A stretch of 63,923 bases of DNA, filler included, from Platydemus manokwari (taxonomy: Eukaryota), in the NCBI GenBank assembly GCA_037951405.1. It is 6 parts of 6 records of this genome, joined end to end, with 100 filler letters (N's around TTAATTAATTAA, not from the genome) between each part and the next. Parts side by side here need not be neighbours in the genome. Positions count along the whole stretch, not along the records: positions 1 to 9,521 come from JBBMOY011237542.1; positions 9,622 to 18,972 come from JBBMOY011260541.1; 4 more parts are not named here. One strand, given 5' to 3'. Below, piece by piece: positions 1 to 13,384 of the stretch. Each line of letters opens with the position of its first letter. Position 1 is the first letter of the stretch. The notes beneath the pieces are model-generated. The model saw only the letters and a list, made by a program, of their open reading frames with translations. It did not search any database and was not told where the DNA came from. The translations under genes were made by a program, and so were the position numbers.

Positions 1-3000
1 AATTACTAAAATTACTAATTAATTTCAAATATTTTTTTATACTTCGAAATCGTTAAATATAGTTACATCCTTAATTCATCAATTCACTATATATGATATT
101 TCCTACGATATCACTCAAAAATTTATAAGTTTTAGATTTCGAATTGAAAGTCAAGAAAATCTAAAACATTTCAATATTAAGTTGATTCTGTTTCAATCTT
201 TCAATTTTTTAGTCTACAGTTCTTATTGTTCTGTTAAAAGTTTATCGGAGCTTTGACACAATCTCCAGTTCTTCAAACGTGATTAATATAAAAATAAATT
301 GTGTTTCTTACTAAAAACAGCTGATTGTGAATTGATAGTTATAATTTTAATTTATGACGCCCAAAATAACATATTCCTAGTTATTGGTGAATCTATGAAG
401 CTTCGTTGTATGTACTTAGTCTGTATATTATTTCTATTAATTTTTAATGTTGATGTTTCTGAAACTTTGACTTACACCAACATTGATTTAACAATTTACC
501 AGAAACGAATATTAACAAATACATTCGACAAATGAAAAAAATCAATTGAGTATCTTTTCTCCTGATAAAAATTGCAGATATAAGAGAACTCCTTAGAGAA
601 ATAAAACAAACACTTTGAAATTCTTGATACACAATATAATCAAAACGAAAAAAAATTTTATTTTCCAAATATCTTTTAGAAATTTTAGATTTATTTCTTG
701 GAAATAATTTTTCAAATAAATTATATCAAGATAACAATAACCATTTGTCAAAATATCTGTTGTCTTGTAGCTATGGTGTCATTGCTAATTATATTTCAAA
801 TGACGCAAAGTAATAATTACTGATCAATTAAAGATTTTATTTAAATTGCTTTGTGAAATTTTCACATAATTTAATAACTAAACCAATTAAAAATCAATTT
901 TAAAAATTAATTTCATTTTTTTATTGATTTTTAAGTGTTTCACTCAAATTTGAATGAAAATATTATTTATTTCATTTCATAAAATCATCTAAATTTTTGT
1001 AATTTTTTACTGTAGTGTAAGGCACTTTTACTTTAAAGTGTTCTTAAGTACAAAACGCCCAACGTTTGCTTTTATCACCGTTATAACGTCTTTAAAATTT
1101 AATATAAAATTTCAAGGGTTAATGATTATTTTTGTGAAACCAGAGTTGTTTAAGTGGATATGATTATCTTTTGTTTATAAATTCACAAGATTATTTTCAG
1201 ACTTTATGAATTTTCCAAATTTTCCAAATTTTCCTCAATGAACAACTTTGTAAAATATTCAAGTCCCTAAAATATTCCTAAAGTCCCTATGTATGTTTCT
1301 CAAAATTTTAAGAATGATTAAGGAGCGTATTTTAGTTTCTTGTCAGTTTAAATATAAATCATAATGTTTTTCTTGGCTATTTTCATTGTTAAATTCTCAA
1401 TAAATTATTTAAACAATAAATACCTTATTCCCATCTTTCCATTTTATTGTAAGGTTTTCGCTTTTTTTTAAAGTTCAGTTTGCTAATGGCAGTGACCAAG
1501 ATCTGAGCATATCAAGTATAAGATTATCGACCAAAATCCAAGCCAGACAATTCAAAACCTTTGAATCTCTGACAAATTGAAGCAATTCAATTCACTCTCT
1601 GAAGCCAAAACCAGTGCAATCATCTGGATTTAGAGATGTTGCTCTTCGGATCTTTGCAAATACAGTAGTTAACACTATTAGAAACATTACTGAATTACAT
1701 TGACTTTGAATCCTCTACCGATATTAAGAACAGTGCCCAGTAGCCACTGATTTTGACTCTTCAGCGTTACAGAAAGTTGTTATTTAAATTTGGATAGATA
1801 CTGAAGTCATATTTTTCACTGATATTTATGGAAAAACTAAACCCTATGAAATCTTTAGACTAGTCCTCATAAATTAAGACATAACGATTATGTCTTTATA
1901 TTGTAAATATTTTACGGTTTATATGCTCTATCCTTTTTTAGTTTCTTTTCTTTCTGCACGAAATGAACAATACTTTATCATATTATGGTGCTGCTATATG
2001 GTCAGTGTATCATTCAGATTATGACTTACTTCTGGTTATGGATAACAAATTTTACATCACATGATGTGCACTATATAACTTTAAATTACTTGTTATAATA
2101 GTTTTGCCAAAGTTATCTAATTATGTCCTGCCTGATGTCAGTTTTGTTGTAGGAGAGGCTTAACCATAGATATAATGGAGCAATGTTTAAAATCAGAAGT
2201 TCTTTATTCATTGATTAGGTAGTAAGATTCTAATAAAAAGAAATGTTATATTTAGTGACAAGAAGTAATTAGTTTAATCAATTAATCAACCGATTATATA
2301 GCACTGATATCACTAACCACAAATGAACACCCACCTTATTTAAATATTAAAAGGCTAACATTATCCGAAAATAATTTGAAATAAAAGATTTAAATCAACT
2401 TCAAACGTAATTTAAAGTAAAAAACATTTATCTTTTATGTTTTTATTAAATTAAAGTTATTTTTTAAATTAAAATTCTTAATATGAATCAATTATCTATA
2501 ATTTGTTTAAGTTTGTTTAAGTGTTAAATTTTTAATGGTGTGAAAATTTTTAAAATTGAAGAACGTCAATTGAAAGATCAAAGCAGCATTACTTCAAAAT
2601 TTGACATATTTTGAATTACATCTCAACTAATCTGGTTGATTTATAATACTTGAAAATTTTATTGTTTATTGAATGATTACAAAACGTTTTGGAATTTAAT
2701 TGCTTATCAATGCATTGCTTTTGATTCTCATTTGTTGTTTGACATTTACGGTCATGGTATTGTATAATTAATAATCAAAGATAATTTTTATCACATTGAA
2801 TCTAAATTTTAAATGTGTTAAATGGTTCTTTGAATGTTTAATTGGATCTGTATTGTTATAATGCGGAGTTCAAATTGTGAAATAATGTTTCGATATTTTA
2901 TTTTGTAAACTGTGACTAAATGTGGGTGTGCATTTTTCAATGATTATCAGATGAGCATTACTTATAGCATTGGTTACTGATTCACTTAACAAGCTTTATT

Positions 3001-5849
3001 TGAATTTAGGCTGCTAATAGTATTTCAATTTTTTACAGAAACCACGGTTCCCCAAGTTGGTATACAAAGGAATTTAAATTCCATGTAATTGATTATTTGA
3101 TATAATATGTGCTAGATGCCAATTGTTCACAAATAGTATAAATTTATTGGTTTTTTAAAAAGCCTGTTAAATGAATATCTTTGAAGAAATAGCAAATAAT
3201 GATTTTGGTGTTCATCTGATAATCTAAAGATTCCCCTATTTAATAAAATTTATAAATCAATATTAAGCTAGTTTTCTAAAATGTCAGTTTGATCATGATT
3301 TGAAAAAAACTATTTCGGTATGTATTAGAAACAAATCATAAAAATTGAGTAATATGTACGAATCGACGTAGATCTTAGATTTCAACGCTTTGTATTTTCG
3401 GAACTATTATAACATCTCACTAGTGATAAGGAAGGAGATAAGGATTAATAAAATAACATTTGGAATGCAATAATAAGAAAATTATAATGTTCCCACGAGT
3501 GTAATGGAAAACTAAATAGATACAATTGAAGATTTATTTTTTAAGGTATAGGTTTGAAAGTAGAACAAGTTAATCAAGTTATGAATCCTCCTACAACTAT
3601 CTAATTTTTCGAGCCTTTTATTGGTAGATCTCTCGGACCTGATAAGGTAGAAGATATTTTGGAGTTCTTGTCGTTAATGCTTCAAAAACAGGGAGATTAA
3701 CTTTTGACCACATGATGAAATCTAAACACTGGATTCTAGTGATAATATTTGTAACCAAAAATCAATCCTAGATGTGACATGGATGATGAATAAACAAACT
3801 TCCTCAATAATCCAAGTAGAAATACTTCTACGGAACAAAGGGGATCTGAAAGAAATCCAGCCTACAAATACCAGAAATGCAATTTTGAGGAAAGCAAGCC
3901 ACTAGTATTTGGATATATGCTGTACATCAGTTATAACTTTCAAATGATAAGAATACATCATGACAATAACGGAAATATCAAAAAAGGCGATCTTCGAACA
4001 TGATTGGAAGTTCAAGAGGAGGGAACAACAAGGGAATTATTAACAATAAGGATTACAGAGGTTTTGTAGAGAAAGAATGCCAATTTAAGGAATCCAAATT
4101 AACGATAAATCTATAACTAATAAATTATAGAAATATCCACGATATTCCTGATTGATGTAAAATAACTCATGTACAAACTTCCTTTAATGGTCGAAACTGC
4201 TCAAAAAATATAGAAAAATACTCATATTTCTAAAATGCGATAAAAAAGCCGTCCGACTGGACTGTAGAACTGTTCACTTTTGTTGTAAGAGTTCTAGATA
4301 CAATATTAAATAATCTAGGAATATTTAAGAATAGATAAACAAAATAGCTTTTGCATGAAAAAAGTCGAATATAAATGCGAGCTATCTGCATGGAAGTTCC
4401 ACGTGGGAAAGAGAACAACAACAAAGGCAGCTTAAAAATAGTGGGGGAGGATATCCTAGACAACATCAACTGGAAGGCGGAAACATAATTTATTGAAACG
4501 TTGAATTGATTGTATGACTGAATGAAACAGCCATGTAAAACCAATATTTTATGTATGGATGTCTTGATTATCAATGTTATGAATAAATATTTTTATATCA
4601 ATGTTATGATTTTATTTTTTATCCATTGACTCTTAAAAATAAATATTTTAATAGTCAGTAGCACCGGTACCTGGCAACACCTCTTACAAAAAGAATTATA
4701 GGTACAAATAACATTTTTTTTCAGTTAAAAAATGGCTATGGATGGTTTTGACAAACAAAAGAATAAACGAATTGAGAAAAAGCATTGCTTATAGGAACAA
4801 ATTAAATAAGGAAGATGACGAAAAATAATATTCAAAAATTCTATTAAATCAAGGTATCGCCAAATTTTCAGAACCATTTTTCGTACTTGTTAATTAAAAT
4901 TTGGAAAAAAATACATTTAGCAGATAAGGTTATAAAAATATAAAAACTATTAAAATAAACAAAATAATAAATAAAACTTCAAATGTTAATTCAAAGAAAC
5001 ATATTCAAGAAAATATATCACAACCTACATCCATAAATCCTGATGAATTTAACATAAATGTGGAAATATTATATTCAAATTTAATAATTCCGTATTTAGA
5101 AGAAAAGATATCAGAGGGAATAGGTTTTCAATTAATAAAAGTCAACGTACATGGATTCTTTATTGTTGAATTAAATTGATAATGCTTATTTAAATCCAAC
5201 CGATGAAGGTAATATTCCATTAACGGGTAATTTAATGGGTTTAATACACGGAGATTTAGATAATATCCAAACAAAATCTGAGGATATTAAAATTTATTTT
5301 ATAGTTCTGAAAAAAGCAGGAATCCTATGAGAACATTTCGGTAGCATAAATTACATAAAATATTTGAGAGATGTGTTTCTAGAGGATACAAATAATGATT
5401 TAACAGCTATTGAAGACAAACAGGGTAATGATCATATTGATTAAAAGAAATTTAAACGAAAACCAACATAGTTAAACACTGATAAATTTAACAAAATCAT
5501 TATTTATTAGTAAGTTGCATCATTTCCGATTTTTATCAAATAATGATAGATAACACGAAACTTCAATTGTCAATGATTGGCCTTTGAGGAAATCAATTTT
5601 TTATGTATAAATTAAATAATTAAAAATATTTACAATTAGAAAATTAAATCAGTATTCCGTTAACAAAGAAGAATATCGTTGATTATTTGAAAACTCTGAA
5701 GAAAATGGGAATTTCTGAACAAGATTTAACAAAATATAGTTATCTTAGAATTTTGAGTGAGGAACAAGACATAAGGCATAAAGTATACAAAAAGTGTTAA
5801 GCTATATTAAATTGGTGATGTCATCCAAGTTGATAGTAGTAAAAACCTA

Positions 5850-6260
5850 ATATATAATGTAAAAATAGAACCTGATAAAGCAACATTAAAATAAAAACTG
5901 ATTACAAAAGAAAATATAAAATTGATTACTTTAGGATCTGTATTAGGATTTGAAAATAATATGGAATTCATTTATCAGAAAATAAAAAAAAAATCCCTGA
6001 TGTTACATTAATAAATGCTGAATGTTCCATAATTGATGAAGTTATGTATCTCTAGAAAGAACATACATTATTTTAGTTTTCCATCTAATAATGTTCTTTC
6101 AAGTTATTTATATATTAAAGAAGTAAATGAAATAATTTATTTTCTGATATTTAACAAAGGTATTAATGAGCCTACTTTTAAAATAACAGAGTAAAACTGA
6201 AATTTAATATATTTTAACGATGAAGAAATATCATTGAGACTACATCTTAAACAAGTAGAA
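5850..6260 (+). pseudogene. Degenerate Polinton/adintovirus-like minor capsid (penton) gene, C-terminal part
   Basis: Hand translation across frameshifts and stops: EPDKATLK*...ITLGSVLGFEN...PDVTLINAECSII...HYFSFPSNNVLSSYLYIKEVNEIIYF...FKITE*N*NLIYFNDEEISLRLHLKQV. This resembles the Polinton penton C-terminal pattern (..LGF..V..I.V.C.I...F.....GY.....IY.....ITDQ.G..IDF.GE.I.IRLHL). Confidence 0.65.
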
Positions 6261-6279
6261 TTTATTTTTCTTTATAAAT

Positions 6280-6465
6280 ATGTATTTAACAAATTTTCTA
6301 GCGAAATATGGAATTAATAAGACTACTGATTTTTATTTAAAATATATTGCGGGTAATTTAAATTTAGATGTTAAATACCAATGAGAAATAAACTGACTAC
6401 AGACAATAAAAATATATTATGATGAATTTGAAAACAACAAAAGACAAATGTTCCATTTCTGGTGA
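6280..6465 (+). pseudogene. Degenerate Polinton-type adenain (cysteine protease), N-terminal part
   Basis: ATG at 6280 directly after the penton remnant: MYLTNFLAKYGINKTTDFYLKYIAGNLNLDVKY/MRNKLTTDNKN/IMMNLKTTKDKCS (two frameshifts). It resembles the T.NF.L...A..L......MRDEL.....I.NL......GSHW pattern; the catalytic HW is not intact. Confidence 0.5.
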
Positions 6466-6558
6466 CCATGTGAGGTCTGATTGGGTATCAATATAAGCAA
6501 AATTCACAATATATATGTGTGTGTGTTTTCACCGGTTTTTAAATTTCACTAAATAAAA

Positions 6559-7250
6559 ATGTTTATGGTTTATAAATTTGTTAATAATTTAGTATATAAT
6601 ATAGGGCATGCTCAAGAAATGATTAATGCCAGAGAAAGGACTTATTATAGAAAATATATCAATTAGGATAGGAATTATATGAACGGGTATTATGGATTAA
6701 ATGATAGCAGAACTGTAAACTTAGGTGATCTAAAGAATAAAACAAATTCAGTAAATCAGAATATCGTTGAAATTAAAAAATATTTTGAAAATAAGTTTAG
6801 ACCAGAATTAAGTAAAATAACAAAGAAAATATTGATAAGCCTGATTCATTATGCAAATCAATAAATACAATGATACAGGATAATACAAAATAAATGAAAC
6901 AGAAATAAAATTGATCTCTGAAAAACATAGACATTTGAAATTCATAAAAAACGGAAACAAAATTTGTGCAGATGATGAAGAAAAAATTAAATGTTCAATT
7001 TGGGAGACAATTAGAGAAAAAAGTTAAATAATCTCCTTAAAAATAGAAAAGATATCAAAACATTGAGAGAAACTTTTAATGATTTAGGGAAGATAATGAA
7101 TGTTTGTGCTACAAATGAGGATGGAGATAAATAAACATATGTATATTTAAAGAAAAAAGGAAATAATATTAATTGTTATTCAACCGGAACTATGATTTTT
7201 AATGATAGTCCACCTAAAAATTTTGAAAAATATCTTACGTTAAATTAGTT
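6559..7250 (+). pseudogene. Degenerate Polinton fiber-like ORF
   Basis: ORF 6679-6864 contains GYYGLNDSRTVNLGDLKNKTNSVNQNIV, similar to the Y.L.NKRL.NL.DP....DAVN..YV stalk repeat. It is followed by broken Lys/Glu-rich coding-like sequence and is co-oriented with the penton and protease remnants. Confidence 0.4.
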
Positions 7251-9521
7251 ATTATACCCCATAAATCGATATTGTTTTTTAGAATATTATGATAACTAAA
7301 GTTATATCGGAGTTAGTGGTAATTTAACTTCTGAGTCTAAATTTCTCAAAGTAGATGCGTTTAATAGATGGAAGGAATTTTGTTTTTGTTTTTATTTCTT
7401 TTAAATATACTGAAGGAAAAGGAAGTCGTATTGGAATAAGAGATGAAACTATTTTCTTAGGTAAGAGAGCTACAGGTTGACGAGAAAAATCTGGCCCATT
7501 ACCCTCCACTGTGTGAGGTAATAAAGTAGTACAAATCCCACTGTACTGTGATTCTTCATACGATTGAGGTTGTTTCTACAGAAAATTTAGATTGTTCTCA
7601 AAGTTCTAGAAATATTCCTTACAAATACCAAGATATTATCCTTGCTACTTCTGCCTCAAATAATCAACATTTTGTTCAACTCTAGCATCACCGTCAAAGT
7701 GACTGTGCTTCTTAATGTGAAGGATTGGTTAGACCTACAAGTTAGAAGAAATTCCCTTGAGGCTTTCAAGCTCCAGAAAAAAACAGAAGGCAGTGGTCAA
7801 ACTCACCAGGCACTGATGTAATTTTTAGTGACTTAAAACTGAGGCATCTTCGAGGTTTGATATATTCAAAGAGATAACACATCCTTTACATCGATCCCAG
7901 AGACCTTGAGGAAAATAGAAAACGATGAACACGATCTTCGGATGACCAATTATGGCCCTCAATTTTGAGGCTTTAAGTTCTCCAGATTTATTTTCTTTAG
8001 CTCAACCAAATTCAATGAACTGGACCGTGTCTCAATATTGCATATCATTCAGCCTCAATGTCTTCAATGACGATCTATGGGAAAACTGTACTCGAGCCCC
8101 TGGGAAAACAATGTGCAGTTACCTGAATTCCAAGAGAACTTGACTTTGTCAATTCCGAGCCTATGGCAAAAGAGAAATTGATAAATCTTTCGATCGCCAC
8201 TACTTTCGAGTCCTCGAGTAAAACAGAGAATGATGATACCAAGTTGAAGATCTTAGTTCGCAATTCAATGCTGAGAGGAATTCTCAATCCTACTTCTAAA
8301 ATGTAGGTCAACTAGTTTGCTCTTCACTCATGTGATTATTTTCCTTTATTCGAGTAGTTTGATATTAATGCCATGCTAGTTTCCCGGAACAAACCTTGTG
8401 ATCATGCAACTTTTTATCTCCTGATTGATAGAACCTCAAACTAACGGCAATGTTTTATTTAATATTATAAAATTTGCTTAAGACTTGGAATAATGGTTGG
8501 AGTTCAAATCCCAACTAAATTTTATTTTCTCTAAAATAAAAAGCGTCTCAACCGATGGAGAAAAGGCTGCTTATCACGAAACTGTTGTCAAAATTTAAAT
8601 CGGAATGATATTCGAAAAGATATTCGAGTTTAAAGTTTAAAAAATTTAAAATAGTCAAAAATAATGAAAGTCTACTTATAATAGTCAGTAGTTTATTTAT
8701 TAACTAATAATAAAATATAAACCGATGTTATTTACTGTGGTCACATCTTACCAGATTTTTTTTGTTTATTTATTACTATTTATTGGTGTAACCAGTTCGT
8801 TTTGTATTCCGTTAATTTTAATTTTTAATTTTTTATATTAGGAACACATTTTATGGGCATTTTAACACGTTAGCCGATTGCCTGCTTCCGGACATTTTGT
8901 TGCGATAATTCTAATTTACAGTTCTTTCTCAACTTTTAAATATTTAAACGAATATAATTTTGATAACAGATTTGAAGTTCATATTCCATTTTCTGTCGAA
9001 ATCTAACAAAATATCAATGAAAAACGTAGTTTAAAAATATGGAATCCTCAACGTTTTTTTTTACTAAAATCTATGGAAAGTTGTAAAGAAAATATTTAAT
9101 AAAAATTTTATAATCTTACACACAAATCTAAATTTAGTTTTTAAAATAATGTTACTAGTGCCATAATCATTTATATGCATTTTTTAAACATTAAAATGGT
9201 TTTCGTAAATTTATTTGTTTATTCAAGTATCTGGACTAAAGCATGAGAGTGGTGATATATTTTTCTGCAAGACATGTGGTCATTAACTGATGGTGTTTAC
9301 TTCTATGATGATGAAATTGAGAATGACGATATTGATGACTAGTTCATTAATGATGTTTCTTCATTCTCTGCCGGTATTTGTCTTTCAGTTATTGTGATTG
9401 ATTGATTGATTTATTATTTTCAAGTACTATTTTGATACTGTTAATTTTTTATGTGATATATGTTCTATATTTTCGAACTATTATTATTATTATGAATTAA
9501 TTATAATCTTTAAATATCTAT

Positions 9522-9621
9522 NNNNNNNNNNNNNNNNNNNNNNNNNNNNNNNNNNNNNNNNNNNNTTAATTAATTAANNNNNNNNNNNNNNNNNNNNNNN
9601 NNNNNNNNNNNNNNNNNNNNN
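9522..9621. other. Artificial contig spacer (N44-TTAATTAATTAA-N44)
   Basis: Exactly 100 bp with a palindromic 12-mer that puts stops in all six frames; identical in all five gaps. Confidence 0.97.
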
Positions 9622-9766
9622 ACTTTTAAAGGGTAGATAGATTCACCTTTTCAAGAGCTTTTAAATGGTACCAAATGTTGCGTAGCTATGTTATGTTTTA
9701 ATGATTTGGTAAAACAAAAACTTTAAACAACTAAAAAACATGAATAACTTTTGACTCAGCCTAATA
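9622..9766. mobile_element. Terminal fragment of a mariner-like element
   Basis: Ends in AATAACTTTTGACTCAGCCTAA-TA, whose reverse complement TA-TTAGGCTGAGTCAAAAGTT resembles mariner TIRs and the TIR at 17193. Truncated by the contig start. Confidence 0.55.
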
Positions 9767-10334
9767 AAATAGAATTTTAAATAAAAACCTTTATCAATTA
9801 ACTCTTAGTTATTTGTTGTATACTAATAATTGTACATCATTTATTTACTTCTTATATTAATTATCATTCGTAGAAATTCTCCTTGGAAATTCTATTTTAT
9901 TATTCATGTCGTCTCATTATTCATTTTATTTATATTTAAAAAGTGTCAGATTTACTAAAAATAACCACACGTATTTGGAACTAATTATTAGAAAATTATG
10001 AATGGCATTTTTACGTTTGAAATTAAATTATCAAGAAACTCGTAATAATTATAACTCGACCATTTTCTCAGTTCCTTTATATTCTTGAATCTATCTTAAA
10101 AATATGAAAACCATCAATACATAGCAGAGGCTTTCAAATTGGTTACTTTATTCCTAATTTTTCTCGGTGCAAAAATTATTCCAACAGCGAGTATTGAAGA
10201 AGTTTTACTTATTTTTACAGAAAGTACATTTAATTTATTATTGGGTCCATACATGGCGATATCTCCATCTATAGCTCTGTTGAGTAGAGACGAAATATTG
10301 CAAAAGAAAAACTATTTTACAACGTGGAACCCTT

Positions 10335-10600
10335 TTTTAGCACTTTAGGCATTTACATGCCAACACGACCATACACGTATGGCAATCAACCATAATTCAA
10401 AAAAGGGATATAGCCACATAGTAACACATACATAGTGATTAACCAATTCCGAGTATACGAAAATCAACAAGTCCAATGGGAACTTGAGAAATTAAAAATC
10501 AAATCAAGACGTGATACAAATGTGAAACAAAAATTGCACACAAATCTCAAGTATAAATGACGATGTAAAGATGTTCAATTGCAAGTTAGAAGTCAAGTTT
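10335..10600 (+). repeat. Interspersed repeat, copy 1 (copy 2 at ~55010-55295)
   Basis: Colinear similarity from TTTAGCACTTTA(G/A)GCATTTACAT through AAATCTCAAGTATAAAT to GAAGTCAAG, on a different contig. Confidence 0.75.
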
Positions 10601-11348
10601 TCTTTCGGAATTTTTTAAATGATTGTAGTGGCACTTGCATTGTAGTGATCAGTACGATTTAAGGAATGTACAATTTGCAAACTTCGATTCTTTTGAACGC
10701 AATTAGTCACTGAAAATTAAACAATGAAACTTAATGAACGATGCAAAATGATTTTTAATGTTTTTGATTACCTGCTTCTACAAATTTCCACCTTTTATTC
10801 AATGATTAACCAACGGCCTTACTAACGATGATCCTCTGGAATAGATTGTAAGGACGAATTTATTGCATTTAATTAAAAATTATCCATAATTTGTTGAGTA
10901 TGAATTTAAATACTCTTTTTTCTTTTAATTTCTCGTAATTTTCCTTCTGATTTTTCTGGTTTAACAACTATATTTATAGTTTATTTGACCGTATTATACA
11001 GGCTGTTCTTAAAACTACTGATTGTAACAATTAATTTATTCGGTAATTTAAGTGCCACTTCTTTGACATTTAATTAAGTCTTTTTTGAATGTCATTTTTT
11101 CCTCTATTAAATGTTCCCATATTTGATTCTTCTCTCTTGAAAATGATTTGACAATATAATACATTGATCTGTTTCATTGCAACTATGCACTGACGTTGTA
11201 AGTAATCACTGAAGTATTTTGAAGTGATTACAAGATGTTTTTGAGATAATAAAGTGTTAAAATTAAGGTTTAAAGAATTTGGCACTGTATAAATACCAAG
11301 TTGATTTTATCAGATTATTATTCAAGTTTTGAAATGACTACTCACAAA

Positions 11349-12597
11349 CAATGTTCCCTATAAGGAAACGAATGCGCACAGTTGTAAAATGTCTGCATAC
11401 ACCACGGGAAAACGTCAACGCACAAAAGTTTATTAGTGAGAACAAAGTGATGGCTCAGTGTCAAAAATTTTGTTTAAATATTGGTTTTGGGAATGGATTT
11501 CTATTTCTTTAGCGACTTAAAAAAGTTATTTAAATTATTTATGATTGTTGAAGACAGAGGCTACTTAAATCCATGATAATCGTACATGGTGTGGTAAACT
11601 GTCTCTTCGTCATTCAGTGTGTTTGCTCTGTATTGTTGGTAAAAAATTATGCACATGGTATCAAGGCTAATTACTTAAAGTTGTGGATTTGCATAGAGGT
11701 TAAATAATGATTTGAAACTTGCTAGACTAATTTTATAAAAGTAGTATAATAATATTAACACTTGGCTTTTGTGTTTATATGAAAAAAAATTCATGGGAGC
11801 GTTGAAGAGTTAAAAATCGTAACAGCTTAGTTCATATACTAGGAAAATTTTGTTTTCAGTGTTATTTCAGGAAGAATATTGGAGATTTAAAGATTATCTA
11901 TCTTTAGAGGTTTTTTATGTGATAAAAAATTATCTGGAAGTTGTAAATATTCGATTTTTCTTACTTCACAAGAACGAGTTATAAGAGAACAGTACAATTA
12001 TTTCAAATTTTATGCTCAAAGAAAATTGAAGTCAAAATATGTTAACAGTTTTCTAGAACTTCGACAACTTGCTTATAAAAGACAAGAATATTCTGCTTTG
12101 GCAAAGTAGTTGGACATTACTGGGACAATTATGGTATCAAAGCAGACTGTAAAAGGAGATTTACTTTAATGAATTCAATTAAAACCAACCAAAGAAATAG
12201 AATGGGTGTTGTGCATCTGGACATGATTGTAAGAATTAAGACCTATATTAAAAGTAATGGTGTGGTTGATTTAGATTGAGTGTACAAAGCATGGGTACAG
12301 GCAAAATACAGGAGAGAAGAATTGGAATGTTTATACACTATTGACACAAACAAAAAATAGAATGTACAGATTATTTGTTCTAAGTAATTGTTTTATTCCA
12401 GCTTATAGTATTATCTTCAACAGTTTATTGTATCCCTACTATTAGTCTTGTAAAGAAATAGAATCTATATAATCAATAAATTCTTGTCTTATATTCATTG
12501 TTGAGCTGACAGTGCACACATTTAATTTCAGTTTTTCATATTTTGCACAGCACCAAAAGTGATACATAGGGACTTGCAAAAATTATAGGGAACATTG
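11349..12597 (+). mobile_element. Internally deleted, degenerate hAT DNA transposon
   Basis: Perfect 15-bp TIRs CAATGTTCCCTATAA (11349) / TTATAGGGAACATTG (ends 12597). Imperfect 8-bp TSD CTCACAAA/TCCACAAA. Internal remnant ADCKRRFTLMNSIKTNQRNRMGVVHLDMIVRIK (~12140-12240) resembles the hAT C-terminal dimerisation domain. Confidence 0.85.
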
Positions 12598-13166
12598 TCC
12601 ACAAATAATTTAATAAAGGGGAAGTCTATCTAAATAAAATTATATCAAATTATTGATTTCGCATAGACATTTTAAATTAATATACTCATCGATTCTCATA
12701 ATATTCGTTATCAAATAATTTATTCTCAATTTATTCTTCTAAGGAAATACAGTTGTACAATTTTATTCCATTATAACTGTGCCAACATTGGTAAAAAAAA
12801 TATTTTGGAAAGGTTAGAAAATTATAAGATTTTACTGAATTAATGATAATTGCACTTTATAAACATAAATAAAGAATATAATTATCATACTCAATTAAAT
12901 TATTAATAAAAAAATAAAATTAGTCATTTCGGTGGTCACCTTTCTAAATTTTATTTAAGATGTTTGCTTTGTCAATTACTTTTCTCTCAGTCTTTACACT
13001 GCCTTTTATATCGAAAGAAAGGAAAGCATTAATTGATTTTGATTGGTTTTGGTAATACCGTTATTCCTCACTCAATTTTGTCGTAACAAACTCCTTGCCG
13101 TTATGGTTACAGAAGTATTTGTTTTTGAATGTATTAATTATATTGCTGTTTTTATAGTGTTAAATA

Positions 13167-13384
13167 CCGTATTTTCCGGACTATAAGACGAACCTTAACT
13201 ATGAGTTGACTGATAAATACATTAAATTAAATTTAAAATGTACAGCAAGATTTAATGTTCTTCATCATTTAAAATGTCACACTCGCGTATATTAGCATGA
13301 TCACCATCTTTTGCTTTAAGATTCCAGCCTTAATAAATCCTAAATATCTGTTTTAAGTTGCGCCTTATAGTGCGGAAAGTACGA
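13167..13384. mobile_element. Tc2/pogo-type MITE (Tc1/mariner superfamily)
   Basis: ~24-bp imperfect TIRs CCGTATTTTCCGGACTATAAGACG / CGCCTTATAGTGCGGAAAGTACGA, flanked by TA on both sides; 218 bp, non-coding. Confidence 0.8.

Noticed and set aside
299-668. Short ORFs at the window start
   Set aside because: I/L/F/K/N-biased composition typical of random AT-rich ORFs; no motifs.
1480-1870. Possible LINE fragment (minus-strand KIRRATSLNPDD)
   Set aside because: A single weak motif; too degenerate to call.
8485-8520. tRNA-like B-box GGAGTTCAAATCCC
   Set aside because: No acceptor, D or anticodon stems could be built; at most a SINE scrap.
9566-9577. Recurrent TTAATTAATTAA as a biological repeat or CRISPR-like unit
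   Set aside because: Always centred in a fixed 100-bp N block; it is an assembly spacer.
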